In this document: piece by piece, positions 39,501 through 52,234 of the stretch
Numbering within the stretch: the stretch's first letter is position 1
Layout of the letters: each line of letters starts with the position of its first letter
Program-made: the position numbers and the translations under genes
Notes under the pieces: model-generated
What the model was told of the DNA's origin: nothing
Seen by the model: the letters and a program-made list of their open reading frames with translations, nothing else
Database searches by the model: none
DNA from: Octopus vulgaris
Lineage: Eukaryota
NCBI GenBank assembly: GCA_951406725.2
Contig: OX597817.1
Location: forward strand, 164,176,001 to 164,240,000
Length of the DNA: 64,000 nucleotides
Reading direction: 5' to 3'

Positions 39501-41917
39501 CCAGTTATATGTGGCAAATGATATACAGTTAGTGTATATATCATTGCTATTGTGTTAAACTGTCATATGTCCAAATTTGGGCAAATGCGTTTTTTCAATA
39601 TTTATTTTTACTTGCAATAGCCGGTTCTTTTGGTCTTCAGATGCCAAAATATCAAAAATTGTCAAAGTGTAGTACAACAGTTTTTCTATGGAATGGTGAA
39701 ACTATTTTTCGTTTTCTAAAAAAGAAATGTTTCGGACTTACGATACTTTTGCACAATAGCAACGACATACATACATCCTTTGTGTCCTGCTTTTCATTTT
39801 ATTTCATTTGATACATATATCCTCTCACCTATGCTACTAGCTGGCATATACAGGTGCTTACATTTATCAAGTATTCACCCTGAATTTATTGTACCTACCT
39901 TACATACATACATATATATGTGTGTTTGTGTGTGTGCGTGTATGGGATGTGCTGCCTGGGTAGGCAATACCTACCTTGATAAAATAGATCGATAGTAATT
40001 TTTTCCTTTTATGGCAAAACATGCACCTAATTCAATAAACTTATGAAGGTTACTCTAATTACTATGCATAAAATATAAAATATTTTATATTTTTGTAGAT
40101 TAGTCAGGTGTAATTTGCCCCAGCCTTTCAATTTCAGCATAATACTGCTGTAGTACATGTGCTGTGTACATTCCTACAATGTTTGCTTTACGCGCTATAA
40201 AGGCAGATGTAAGTTTGCCTACAACTCAGTCATGCACCTGTGTTTTACTGCATAATTGTCACCAACTGCCTACCCTGAGTAATTACTGACAGCATGTGCC
40301 TGATATATATATCAGCAGGCATGGCTGTGCAGAAAGAAGTTTGCTTCCCGACCATATGGTTTTGGGTTCAGCCCCACTACAGTCAAGTGACTTCTGCTAT
40401 AGCCTTGGACTGACCAAAGCCTTGTGAGTGGATCTGGTAGATGGAAACTGAAAGAAGCCTGTTGTATAATGAGTGTATGTGTGTTGTTCCTCCCACCGCC
40501 ACTTGACAACTAGTGGTTCAGCAAAGAAGACCAATAGAATAAGTACCAGACTTAGGAAAGTAAGTACTGGGGTCGATTTGTTTAACTAAAAGCAGTACCC
40601 CAGCATGGCCGAAACAAGTACCTCCCCCCCCCCAAATAAATAAATCCAGTGGACAGAAGCAGACATCGTCATCACCTCCATGATACCCAACATTTGAAGG
40701 GTGCTTTTTACATGCCATATTACATTACACACACACACACATATATATATGTGATGGACTTCTTTCAGTTTCCTTCTTATTTCTTTATTGCCCACAAGGG
40801 GCTAAACATAGAGGGGACAAACAAACGGATTAAGTTGATTATATCAACCCCAGTGTGTAACTGGTACTTATTTAGTCGACCCCGAAAGGATGAAAGGCAA
40901 AGTTGACCTCGGCGGAATTTGAACTCAGAATGCAGTGGCGGACGAAATACCACAAAGCATTTCGCCCGGCATGCTAACGTTTCTGCCAGCTCACCGCCAT
41001 ACCAGATCCACTCACAAGACACTGGTCAGTCAAGCCTATACTAGAAAACATTTGCCCAAGGTGCTACACAGTAAGACTGAACCGAAAACCACACGGTTGG
41101 GAAGCAAACTTCTAAATACACAGCCATGCTTGCATCTGCCTCTTGATACACTGGGTTCAAAACCCCTGGATTTGAAACTAACATGAATTGAAGCTTCATA
41201 ACTATTGTAGGTAGGTCTGCTAAATGAAACAGATTGAAATTACTGGCAAGCATTACTCATAAAAACATGTTCCACATATAGAAAAATATGAAAATATTTT
41301 ATTTCATAAAAAAAAACTACAAAGAAAGGGAATGTCATATCTATGACCACTTAGATCGCAGTGAACTGCAATGGCTAGCAACAATATTCAGGCATAACAT
41401 TAGCTTCATTTTAACAAAGTCCCGTTCATTTTTATAGATCAGTAGTACAAATATACTCTGTATACAGTGATTGATTTATAACAGAAGTAAATGGAAGTAA
41501 TGTTCAGAGAAAGTTTACATGAAAACTACATATGTATATACACTTGCGTCAGAAATTAATTAGCACTTCTCAAATTTCTACATTAAATAGGTTAAATCAA
41601 TTAACCTATGAGCTGTTCAAAACGTCTTACGCGATGAGAAAACTTAGTATGGTGTGATTTCGGTCCTTGCGAGGCGCTACCTATATCTATTAAACAAAGG
41701 AAGATTTGTCTGCATCCGCACTCCAAGTTGTTGTTGCACTGCTATGTCAACATCATAAGGCTGTAGACTCTCAAACTGCTCTGCAAACAAAGTTACGTCA
41801 TCGTTCTGCGCAACAGTGAACTCGCAACAAAGCAATAGTTCGAGATATGGCCACTAGGTGACAGCACATACCTTGAGTGAAGAGCAAATCAAGGGTGCTA
41901 ATTAATTTCTGACGGTA

Positions 41918-41948
<31 letters not shown>

Positions 41949-42459
41949 CAAATAAGAAAATGGAGGAACAGATTCATTCCAATCATCGACTTACAGATAT
42001 TACCAATTCATATTATTTATTTATTAACTACATAAATAGGAACCTCAATACATCTGACTAATATAGGCAGAATGAGATACCTTTATCTACAGGCTGAAAC
42101 AGCTGTAAGATCCACTTTGTATATTATTCTTATGGTATTATTATCTTACATATTGATGTATATTGTTTTGTTTTGTTGGATTTGGATGTTCCTATTTATG
42201 TAGTTAATAAATAAATAATATGAATTGGTAATATCTGTAAGTCGATGTTTGGAATGAATCTGTTCCTCCATTTTCTTATTTGTATTCTGAATTTGAGGTA
42301 AAATATTTTACCTTTGCCCATCTAATACAATAAATGAATTAATTGCAATGCAATTATAAGCATTTATGTATTTGCCATTTGGGTGCTTCACCAGCAGTAT
42401 ATTGGATAACTGGTATCCCATAGTGGGTTACACTCATAACCCCTATCTCACTTTGTACT

Positions 42460-42491
<32 letters not shown>

Positions 42492-43383
42492 CCCACTTTC
42501 AGTGCATTTTGGGGTGTCAGCATTCAGATTATTGTCAAAGGTAATGCTTATTTATTCACATTATTTCATAGTTTCGAGATTTCAATGATGTATGATGTAA
42601 TTGTTTTTAACACGACATTGTACAGAAGGTTTGAGAGGCTGGATCTGCCTGGTTTGAAAATAAAATTAGCCAGACCTGGCCTCTAGGTTGGATACGGCCG
42701 CTTTGAGCATAAAATAGGTAGAATATTTGGACCAGATATGGCCATTTTAAATCCTAATGGGTTAAAAGTAGTAGTATCAAATAATTTCAATTATCATAGA
42801 GTTATATAGGATGTAGATAGGATAATAAATGTGTTGAATCCAGACCTGAAGATTGGGAGTATGTCAATTTAAATGATAATTATAGCTGGTTTTTAATAGA
42901 GTGTTCTTAGTTGCAAGTGTTTGAGCCAAATTATGAGTATTGCCCTCCCTACTCTATCTAAGCCATAAATTTATTTTCTTGTTTTAAGTCAGTGGTTCTC
43001 AACCAGGGTCCATATACGATTTTGGGGTCCACGCAACAAAATAATTGGGGATCCACAACGGTATTATAAGGGTCCCTGAAAAACTTTTGCTTTAGAAATT
43101 TTGAAAGAAGTTTCTATAAAACTAGCTTTTAAACATTAAATGGCTATGGGGATTCACCGGAATAAAAAAATAATCAAAAGGGATCCACAGATAAAAAAAT
43201 GGTTGAGAAACCTTTAGGTGCAGGAGTGGCTGTGTGGTCAGTAACTTTCTTAAAAACTATATGGTTCCTGGTTCAGTCCCACTGCGTGGCACCTTGGGCA
43301 AGCATCTTCTACTATAATCTCGGGCCGACCAAAGCCTTGTGAGTGGATTTGGTTGACGGAAACTGAAAGAAGCCCGTCGTATG

Positions 43384-43416
<33 letters not shown>

Positions 43417-44187
43417 ATATGTTTGTGTGTCTGTGTTTGTCCCCCGAACATTGCTTGACAACCGATGGTGGTGCGTTTATGTCCCCACAATTTAGCGGTT
43501 CGGCAAAAGAGATCGATAGGATAAGTACTAGGCTTACAAAGAATAAGTCCTGGGTTCGATTTGCTCGAATAAAGGCGGTGCTCCAGCATGGCCACAGTCA
43601 AATGACTGAAACAAGTAAAAGAGAGTAAACACTGTTTTAAGTGATACTAGTTACTGTTACTAACTCAAAAGGATAAATACATTACATGCAGAAAAATTTG
43701 AAGACTTATTTATGTTAATAGTAATATCCCAAGCTCCAAATCTGAGTGAACTAAACAGTTTCCCAAAGATTAAACTGTAGTTCCTTTCAGCACTAACTCA
43801 GCAGATCTTTGATGGCAAACAACTGAGCAAAAGACACTATGAGTCTTTCTGTAACTTCCAAATTTAAAATTGTGAGGTATGCTGTCAAGTTTTAAGACTT
43901 AAAACCGAATAGTTTTGAGGGGGGGGGGGGAATTAAGGCTATACATGTCTATGGAGTGCTCAGTCACTTGCAGGTTAATTTTATGAGCAAGCTGTTCCAT
44001 TGATCAGACCAACTGAACTCTCATTGTCATAATTGACAGAGTGACAGTCACAGAGGCTCTGTAAAGGGTCATAGGTACTGCCTTCCACCCTTGACTAAAA
44101 GATAAAAATAAAATATTTGATAGGCAACACAATGACAGTATGATCTGGGCTTTTGGCTTTGTAGTAGCACAGAACATTAAACCTCAT

Positions 44188-44620
44188 TATTTACATTCGA
44201 CGGATATTTGTTGTTAACACGTTTCGGCTGATATGCCCTGCAGCCTTCTTCAGGCATCTTGGGGAAATTTTGAACCTGGGTTCTCATTCCTAAGGTATTT
44301 TTCGATGTTAATATTATTGTTGTTAGTGTTCAGGTCACTGCTTGGAATCGAACTCAGAATCTTGGGGTTAGTAGCCCGCGCTCTTAACCACTACGCCATA
44401 TGCCCACAATTCCAAGCAGTGACCTAAACACTAACAGTAATAATAATAACATTGAAAAATACCTTAAGGTATATAAATACCCAGGTTCGAAATTTCCCCA
44501 AGACGCCTGAAGAAGGCTGGAGGGTATATCAGCCAAAACGCTGTGTTAACAACAAACAAGATGAGGACAAATATCCGTCTAATGTAAATACTGTACATAA
44601 TTCCTCATCTCTAGAACTGT
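44188..44620. mobile_element. Inverted-dimer retroelement with a tRNA-like head and an HHR motif in each arm; 12-bp TSD
   Basis: TSD ATTAAACCTCAT at 44176-44187 and 44621-44632; A/B boxes on the minus strand at about 44335-44405; CTGAAGA-a-GGCTG..CAGCC-(G/A)AAAC in both arms. Confidence 0.75.
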
Positions 44621-45350
44621 ATTAAACCTCATAATTGAAATCTACATTAAAATAAAGTCTAGGTGTATGTATGTATTTTAGAATAAGGCACACTGAAATG
44701 GAAGGTGAATTAACCAACTATAATATAGTGTAAGACAGAAATGTGCAAGATGAAAAGTAGAAAAATATTTTAAAATTTAGACATGAATTTGCAGCAACCT
44801 TTTAGCATTTAAACCAGCCAAATCTGGCAAAAATATTCTACCTGCTTTATGTTCAATCTGGCCATATGTGGCCTCTCATACCAACCCTACAATATCATTG
44901 AAAAAATTAAGTTCCGTCATCAAAATCTTAAAGCTGCAAGATAATGCACGATTAATTGAAAACAATGTGAATGCTTAAGGGTTAAAAAGATTGAGTGACA
45001 AGGTAGAAAATAACACCTAGTTTAAATTTCTTATACATTGAGATGGACCCTAAATCAGAAATATAGCTAAGAAATAATTCTCATGAAAGAATTATAAATA
45101 TTTTTTTTAATGACTGTGATCAATAATTGAAACATAAACATTGACGAGATTTTATGAAGAATTAAATTTTATATCTTAAAATTGGTTCAGTAACAATTTT
45201 GAAGTATACAATGATTCTTGATAACAGTGAACGAAATGACATTAGTGGAAGCGGAGAATGGTGTTTTAATCAAGATAGTTATACACATTAATTAATTTAG
45301 CAAAGACAGACATCCTCATATAAACTGGAGTGAAATATAAAACGTCTGAC

Positions 45351-46262
45351 TTAGTTAGCCCACCGCCATTTCTGTCTTTGAAAGTTCTGTTGATGAGCTT
45401 TCTGTGCCATGCGAGTCATCATACCTCTCTGGACAGGAGGATGTGTATTGGGAAAACGGATAGGGGTTCCACTGTTACTCCGGGTCGTCATAGCACCAGT
45501 GTGAAGGGGATTATTAACATTGGCTGAACGAGTATTTGCACCAAAATGTGGTGAATCTGGGACATGGCGAGCAGAAGCCATGGCACCAGGGTGGCCAGGT
45601 GTGTTTGCACTAGCTGACCGAGTATTTGCGCCTGGAGTTGGTGCATTTGAAACGGTACCAGTGGAACCTGCAGCACCAGAATTAACAGTCTGATGGTTTG
45701 GATTTCTATTATTTGGTGTTTTTGGAATGGTCTCAGCTGGAGCAGTTTTCGATGAAAAAGAGCTAGCTGGAACAGTTTTCATAGAAACAGAGCTAGCTGG
45801 AGTAGTTTTCGCAGAAGCAGCGCTAGCTTTAGCTGGAGTCTTTGCAGTTGATGCTGCAGAGGTACTCGCCTTATTTTGTGGGGTCTTTTTAACAACAGTG
45901 TTAACATTCGTATTAGAGGTACCTACTGCAGCAGACAAAACTTCATCTAAATTAATTTCAGTTATGTCTGTTGTAGAGAATTCTTTTGCAATGATAGGAG
46001 TAAGTAACTGAGCTGTTCTGGTCATTCGTGGTGAAACAGTTGCTGTAGCCTCTGGAGATTTCTGCAGGGACGAACTCGCTTTTGGAGATGTGGTTTTCTT
46101 TGATGATTTAGATGGTGAAAGTAAAGACTTCCGTGGTTGTGGGTCTTTCACGGAAGAGTCTGTTTCGTCTACAATAAAACTTGATTTTGGAGGAGGCTGC
46201 TGAGGTGATGACCACATGCTGAGTAGGTTACGCACATGACGCAGTTGACAGAAAGGAGATGT
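45351..46262 (-). CDS. ZC3HC1: ZC3HC1/NIPA last exon (303 aa, mostly low-complexity extension)
   Basis: ttctag acceptor, phase 0; LRHVRNLLSMW corresponds to the human C-terminal RKVFRIFRQW; the ORF continues about 285 aa to TAA. Confidence 0.82.
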   Translation of the reverse strand, partial: TSPFCQLRHVRNLLSMWSSPQQPPPKSSFIVDETDSSVKDPQPRKSLLSPSKSSKKTTSPKASSSLQKSPEATATVSPRMTRTAQLLTPIIAKEFSTTDITEINLDEVLSAAVGTSNTNVNTVVKKTPQNKASTSAASTAKTPAKASAASAKTTPASSVSMKTVPASSFSSKTAPAETIPKTPNNRNPNHQTVNSGAAGSTGTVSNAPTPGANTRSASANTPGHPGAMASARHVPDSPHFGANTRSANVNNPLHTGAMTTRSNSGTPIRFPNTHPPVQRGMMTRMAQKAHQQNFQRQKWRWAN

Positions 46263-48596
46263 CTAGAAATACATAAAAAGAAAACAACAGTTTGATATTT
46301 TAGAATGAAAAAGGAAAATAACATCATCATCATCATTGTTTAGCATCCATCTTCCATGCTATCATGGGTGGGACAGTCCCACAAGAGCTGGCCAGGCCGA
46401 AGCCTGCACCAGACTTCTGTTAACTGAAGTGTAAAACTAAAACATATAACTGAGAATGAGGAGACAAGCTGGCAGAATCGTTAGCATGCAGAGCGAAATG
46501 CTTAGCAGTATATCGTCTGCCGCTACGTTTTGAGTTCAAATTCCGTCGAGGTCGACTTTGCCTTTCATCCTTTCGGGGTCAATAAATTAAGTACCAGTTA
46601 CGCACTGGGGTCCATGTAATCGACTTAATCCTTTTGTCTGTCCCCTCTATGTTTAGCCCCTTGTGGGCAATAAAGAAATAAGAATGAGGAGGTAGACAGA
46701 CATAGCAAAGTATGTTTTAGTAGTACATGGGACAAGTAGTATGGTGGACAGAGACTTAGCATAAGGGATTGATAAGGTTGACAAACACTCAGTAAATGGG
46801 GTTAGATGTGATAGACAAAGACTTAGCAAAAGGGGCTGAATGTAGTACACAAACACTTAATAAAATGGGTTACGTACAGTAAGGCAGAAACTTAGTTAAT
46901 GGTCAAGAGGCAGATAGTAACTTAGTGAATTTGTGTGTGATATATGTGTTTTACTGAAACTGCTACTCAGAGTTTCATGTAACTGAATACCAGAATATCA
47001 TGAGTATTTTGAATAATACTATGGTTTATAAATGTTTGTGAATGTTAAAATGATAACTGTTTAGCAACTCATCAAATAAACATTTAAACCTGATTGGACA
47101 GAGCATTATTACTTTTTCGAAACGATGAGAATCTGTTGGATGAAAACAACTGGCCATATCGGAAAAACATAAATTGCCTTATGTATGTGGAAATAATAAA
47201 CTCAAAGGAAAAAAAAAGTCCCTTTAGAAATCAATAGTACAAGCAAAATAGGTATATAGGTGCAGGAGTGGCTATGTGGTAAGTAGCTTGCTTATGAACC
47301 ACATGGCTCCAGGTTCAGTCCCACAGCGCGGCACCTTGGGCAAGTGTTTTCTACCATAGCTTTGGGCTGACCAAAGCCTTGTGAGTGGATTTAGTAGACG
47401 GAAACTGAAAGAAGCCCATCGTATATATGTATGTATGTGTGTGTGTGTGTATATGTTTGTGTGTCTGTTTGTCCCCACAACATTGCTTGACAACTGATGC
47501 TGGTGTGTTTACGTCCCCGTAACTTAGTGGCTCGGCAAAAGAGACCGATAGACTAAGTACTAGGCTTCCAAAGAATAAGTCCTGGGGTCGATTTGCTCGA
47601 CTAAAAGGCGGTGCTCCAGCATGGCCACAGTCAAATGACTGAAACAAGTAAAAAGAGTAAAGAGAGTATATGAGATAAAAATTAAAACTGAAGTTAAAAG
47701 TTAAGACATAAGCAAATAAGTATCACACACACGAAAAAAGTATAAAATAAAAGCAAAATTAAATAAGTAAGATTACCGTAAAGAAAGAAAGGTGAAGTTG
47801 CAGACATGGTAGAAAGACGAATACATAGAGGCAAAAAAGTGGGGGTGGAGAGAGAAAAAGGGAAGAAACCAGAGTATTGTTCAGTGACTCATGACGACCA
47901 GTTCCATGAAACTCATTTGTGCAGCCTTTATATTGCATATTGTAGTTGTGATACCTGTGCCAGTGGGACGTAAAAGGCACCATCCGAACGTGGCTGATGC
48001 CAGCGCCGCCTCGACTGGCTTCCGTGCCGGTGGCACATAAAAAGCACCAACCGATCGTGGCCATTGCCAACCTCCCCTGGCACGTAAAAAGCACCCACTA
48101 CACCCACGGAGTGGTTGGTGTTAGGAAGGGCATCCAGCTGTAGAAATACTGCCAGATCAGACTGGTGCAGTCTCCTGGCTTCCCAGACCCTGGTTGAACC
48201 GGCCAACCCATGCTAGCATGGAAAAATTACAAAAAAGAAGAAAAATATATATTCATTTTATAATTTCTGCTAAGGTGTCCCATCCCAGTGGTACGTAAAA
48301 AGCACCAACCGATCGTGGCCGTTTCCAGCCTCCCCTGGCACTTGTGCCGGTGGCATGTAAAAAGCACCCACTACACTCACGGAGTGGTTGGCGTTAGGAA
48401 GGGCAGCCAGCTGTAGAAATACTGCCAGATCAGACTGGAGCCTGGCGCAGCCTCCTGGCTTCCCAGACCCCGGTCGAACCATCCAACCCATGCTAGCATG
48501 GAAAACAGACGTTAAACGATGATGATGATATTATAACCTAATGAAATAAAATCAAGATTATCAAATAAAAATATTCCCACTAGTGACATGGCTTAC

Positions 48597-48857
48597 CTTT
48601 TCAGGACTGGTGGAATCACAGATACCAAAATATTCTGCCAGGATAATACAAATCTCAGCCCAGGCAACTATTTTCTTCTTTGAAGGTGAGTCCTGATCAG
48701 CATGTACTGAGACAACTCCTGAAGTACATTTTTCCACTGCATCATTTAACAGGTTCAATTCCATTTCTAGCACCTCTGCAGTTTGGCATGATTCAATGTT
48801 CACCCAGGGACACCAGTTGCGGTGCTCTGAAACAGGGTCTAAGCTATCTTTAATACT
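48597..48857 (-). CDS. ZC3HC1: ZC3HC1/NIPA penultimate exon
   Basis: LDPVSEHRNWCPWVN resembles human FDPTSQHRDWCPWVN; tttcag/gtaagc. Confidence 0.92.
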
Positions 48858-49529
48858 CTGAAATAGAATTTTAAAAAATTTATGTATAGACACAGGCAAA
48901 GCTATGTGGTTAGAAAGTTCACTTCATAACTATGTGGTTTCAGGTTCAATCCCACACTGCAATGCTCTTGGTAACAGCCTTCTACAATGACCCAGGTCCA
49001 CCAATGCCTTATGAGTGGATCTGGTTACGGTCCACCTATTGTGTATGTGTATGCATGCATATGCCTTTATTTTTGTACCCCCACCACACAACTGCTTAGC
49101 AGCCAGTGTTGGTTTGTTTATGTCTCATCACTTAGAAGTTCGGCAGAATAAGTACTAGATTTCAAAAAAAGTACTGAGGTCAACTTGATTGACAACACCC
49201 ATCAAAGTAGTGCCCCAGCAAGTAAAAGAATGAAATATAAAAAAATATAAATAATGAAAGAAAAGAAAAACAAATGTGACATAAAACTTGAAACCCCTAC
49301 AAGAGACATAGTCTTCACCAGTAAAATATTTTACACAACTTCTTTATAAGTATTGAGATACAATCAACAATCCTATTTCATAACAGTGTAGGAAAAAGTG
49401 TAACTAACTATACAACACTGACTTAAGATGTAGTGGTCATTAGTTGGGAAGGACAGAACTATATGACACTGGTTTTAGAGATAGTGGTAAGTGGTGTGTG
49501 AGTATATATATATATATATATATATATAC

Positions 49530-50322
49530 TCTTTTACTTGTTTCAGTCATTTGACTGCGGCCATGCTGGAGCACCGCCTTTAGTCGAGCAAATCGACCCC
49601 GGGACTTATTCTTTGTAAGCCCAGTACTTATTCTATCGGTCTCTTTTGCCGAACCGCTAAGTGACGGGGACGTAAACACACCAGCATCGGTTGTCAAGCA
49701 ATGCTAGGGGGACAAACACAGACACACAAACATATACACACACACATACATATATATACGACAGGCTTCTTTCAGTTTCCGTCTACCAAATCCACTCACA
49801 AGGCATTGGTCGGCCCGGGGCTATAGTAGAAGACACTTGCCCAAGATGTCACGCAGTGGGACTGAACCCGGAACCATGTGGTTGGTTAGCAAGCTACTTA
49901 CCACACAGCCACTCCTGCGCCTATATATATATATATATAGGCGTAAGAGTGGCTGTGTGGTAAATAGCTTGTTTACCAACCACATGGTTCCAGGTTCAGT
50001 CCCATTGCGTGGCACCTTGGGCAAGTGCCTTCTACTTTAGCCTCGGGCCAACCAAAGCCTTGTGAGTGGATTTGGTAGACGGAAACTGAAAGAAGCCCGT
50101 CGTATATATGTATACATATATATGCGTGTGTGTGTTTGTCCCCCTAGCATTGCCTGACAACCGATGCTGATGTGTTTATGTCCCCATTACTTAGCGGTTC
50201 GGCAAAAGAGACCGATAGAATAAGTACTGGGCTTACAAAAGAATAAGTCCCGGGGTCGAGCTGCTCGATTAAAGGCGGTGCTCTAGCATGGCCGCAGTCA
50301 AATGACTGAAACAAGTAAAAGA
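49530..50322. repeat. Head-to-head pair of full-length family A SINEs forming a ~790-bp palindrome
   Basis: Minus copy 49530-49922 and plus copy 49939-50322, separated only by a short (TA)n. Confidence 0.9.
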
Positions 50323-50433
50323 GAGAGTATATATATATAATATTAATTAGAGACAAAACCACTATTTTGTAAATCAAACAAGGAAAGACTTAATCAATAC
50401 ATAAAAAAATTTTAATATAAAGTAAATAAATCG

Positions 50434-50477
50434 CCACTACAATTGTTTCCTGTCTTCAAATGACATTCATCAGGTGG
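50434..50477 (-). ncRNA. Minimal type I hammerhead ribozyme motif (Penelope type)
   Basis: CCAC-CUGAUGA-a-UGUC(auuugaa)GACA-g-GAAAC-AAUU-GUA-GUGG: stem I CCAC/GUGG, palindromic stem III, GUA cleavage triplet. Confidence 0.75.
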
Positions 50478-52053
50478 ATACAGATATATATATACAGATA
50501 TATATATATATATATATACCAAGGCCTATTCTCCAATTTTTAGGAAGGGATAACCACAACACACACACCAAGCATTCCATTCATTTTCCAGCTCAAAGAG
50601 GCAAGCTCTGTCCTGTGCTCAGGTTAGGGCATAGAACACAACTCCCAAATTCACTCATCTGTCCACTAATGCTCTCCAAGCTTTCCTATCATTTATAAAC
50701 TCTCTTGCCTTTCTCACTCCAACACCTCTAACCACCAAAGCTTTCCTCACTCCATCCATCCATCCATCCAAACCGAGGTCTGCCTCTGGTTATGTTGCCT
50801 ACCACTTCTCCCTTCATCACCCTCTTTGCCATCTGCTCTTCATCCATCTGTTTAACCCTTTAGCATTCAGATTACTCTGTTGAATGTAATACTTTTTCAC
50901 TCAAATTGTTTTGAATTAATCATGCATTATCTCACAGCTTTGAGGTTTCCGTGATGTGATTATTTATTTTTAGAATGACATTGTAGGGTAGGTGTGAGAG
51001 GCCAGATATGGCTAATTCAAATATAAAACATGTTGAATATATTGGGCCGGATATGGCCGGTTTGAACACTAAAGGGTTAATGTCCATTTTCGATGCTGGT
51101 ATGGGTTAGACGGTCTGAGAGAAGCTGACCAGGCTTCAACTGTCTGTTTTGGCATAGTTTCTATGGCTAGATACCCTTCCTAATGCCAACCATTTTACAA
51201 AGTGTACTGGGTGCTTTTTACATGCCACCATCATGGAGGCTTTTACATGGCACCATCATGGAGGCTTTTACATGGCACCATCATGGAGGCTTTTACATGG
51301 CACCAGCACAATTACATTTCACCCAGTACCAGCATGAGTGCATCCTGTGTGGTAGCAGCACTTGTAAGACAAAGACTTCTCAGCTGTAAAGGACATGTGG
51401 CAATGTTTTCAAGTTTGAGTTAATGGTTAAAGAAGAAACTTTAATACTATTTCAACATAACTTTACTACTGCTATTTGATTTCTTGTTTGGTTTTATAGT
51501 CCATCGCTCCCTATGGTGGATAGAGCATTGAGGAATTTTTCATCACTGTTCTTGACTTAAGGCTGCCCTAAAGCTTTCTACTCCCAGTTCTTGTTGGTGT
51601 TGAACTGTCATTGATGCTTCCCTAACTTTGCTTCTTTCTAAATAGGACTTTACACAAACCCATTTTCACTTCTGGGAGCTGGTCCATTTCAGTTCTGGCC
51701 TCTATCCTTTGATCTGTCCAACAGGGGAAAACCTACCAGGAACTTGAACTCTGCTGGTTTAGCTCACAGGGTCAATGAGACATACAAGCCACTACACTGC
51801 AATGAGGATAGGACCTTGTAGAAGGCTACCACATATGAATACACTGTAAATGATCACTGATAAACAACATTATAGCAGCAATTATGAAATCTGTTACCAC
51901 TTCCAAATATTAAGATCCCTTAAATGGGACCAAACCAATGATTAGCATCTGATCCCTTCAGTCTAAACAGTAAATCCTAGTAGCATCAGTAAACAGTAAC
52001 AAACAACATAGAACACATCAAATTATAGAAGGTTTACAATAACTGATACTCAC

Positions 52054-52234
52054 AAGTTTAATGCGCTTCTCATTCACAGTATTATTAGATTTCTTTCTTT
52101 TCCTTGTATGTGGTGTCTCTGGTGCTTTTGTGAATACATGCCCATTTAAATTAGGTGAAGATGCAACCCGAACATAATTCCACAACGCAATATGACGCTG
52201 GCAGTACTTGCAGATAATCACATCATTATTCTGG
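52054..52234 (-). CDS. ZC3HC1: ZC3HC1/NIPA internal exon
   Basis: DVIICKYCQRHIALWNY resembles ITCSQCMRKVGLWGF; basic NLS-like RKRKK; gtgagt donor. Confidence 0.9.
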
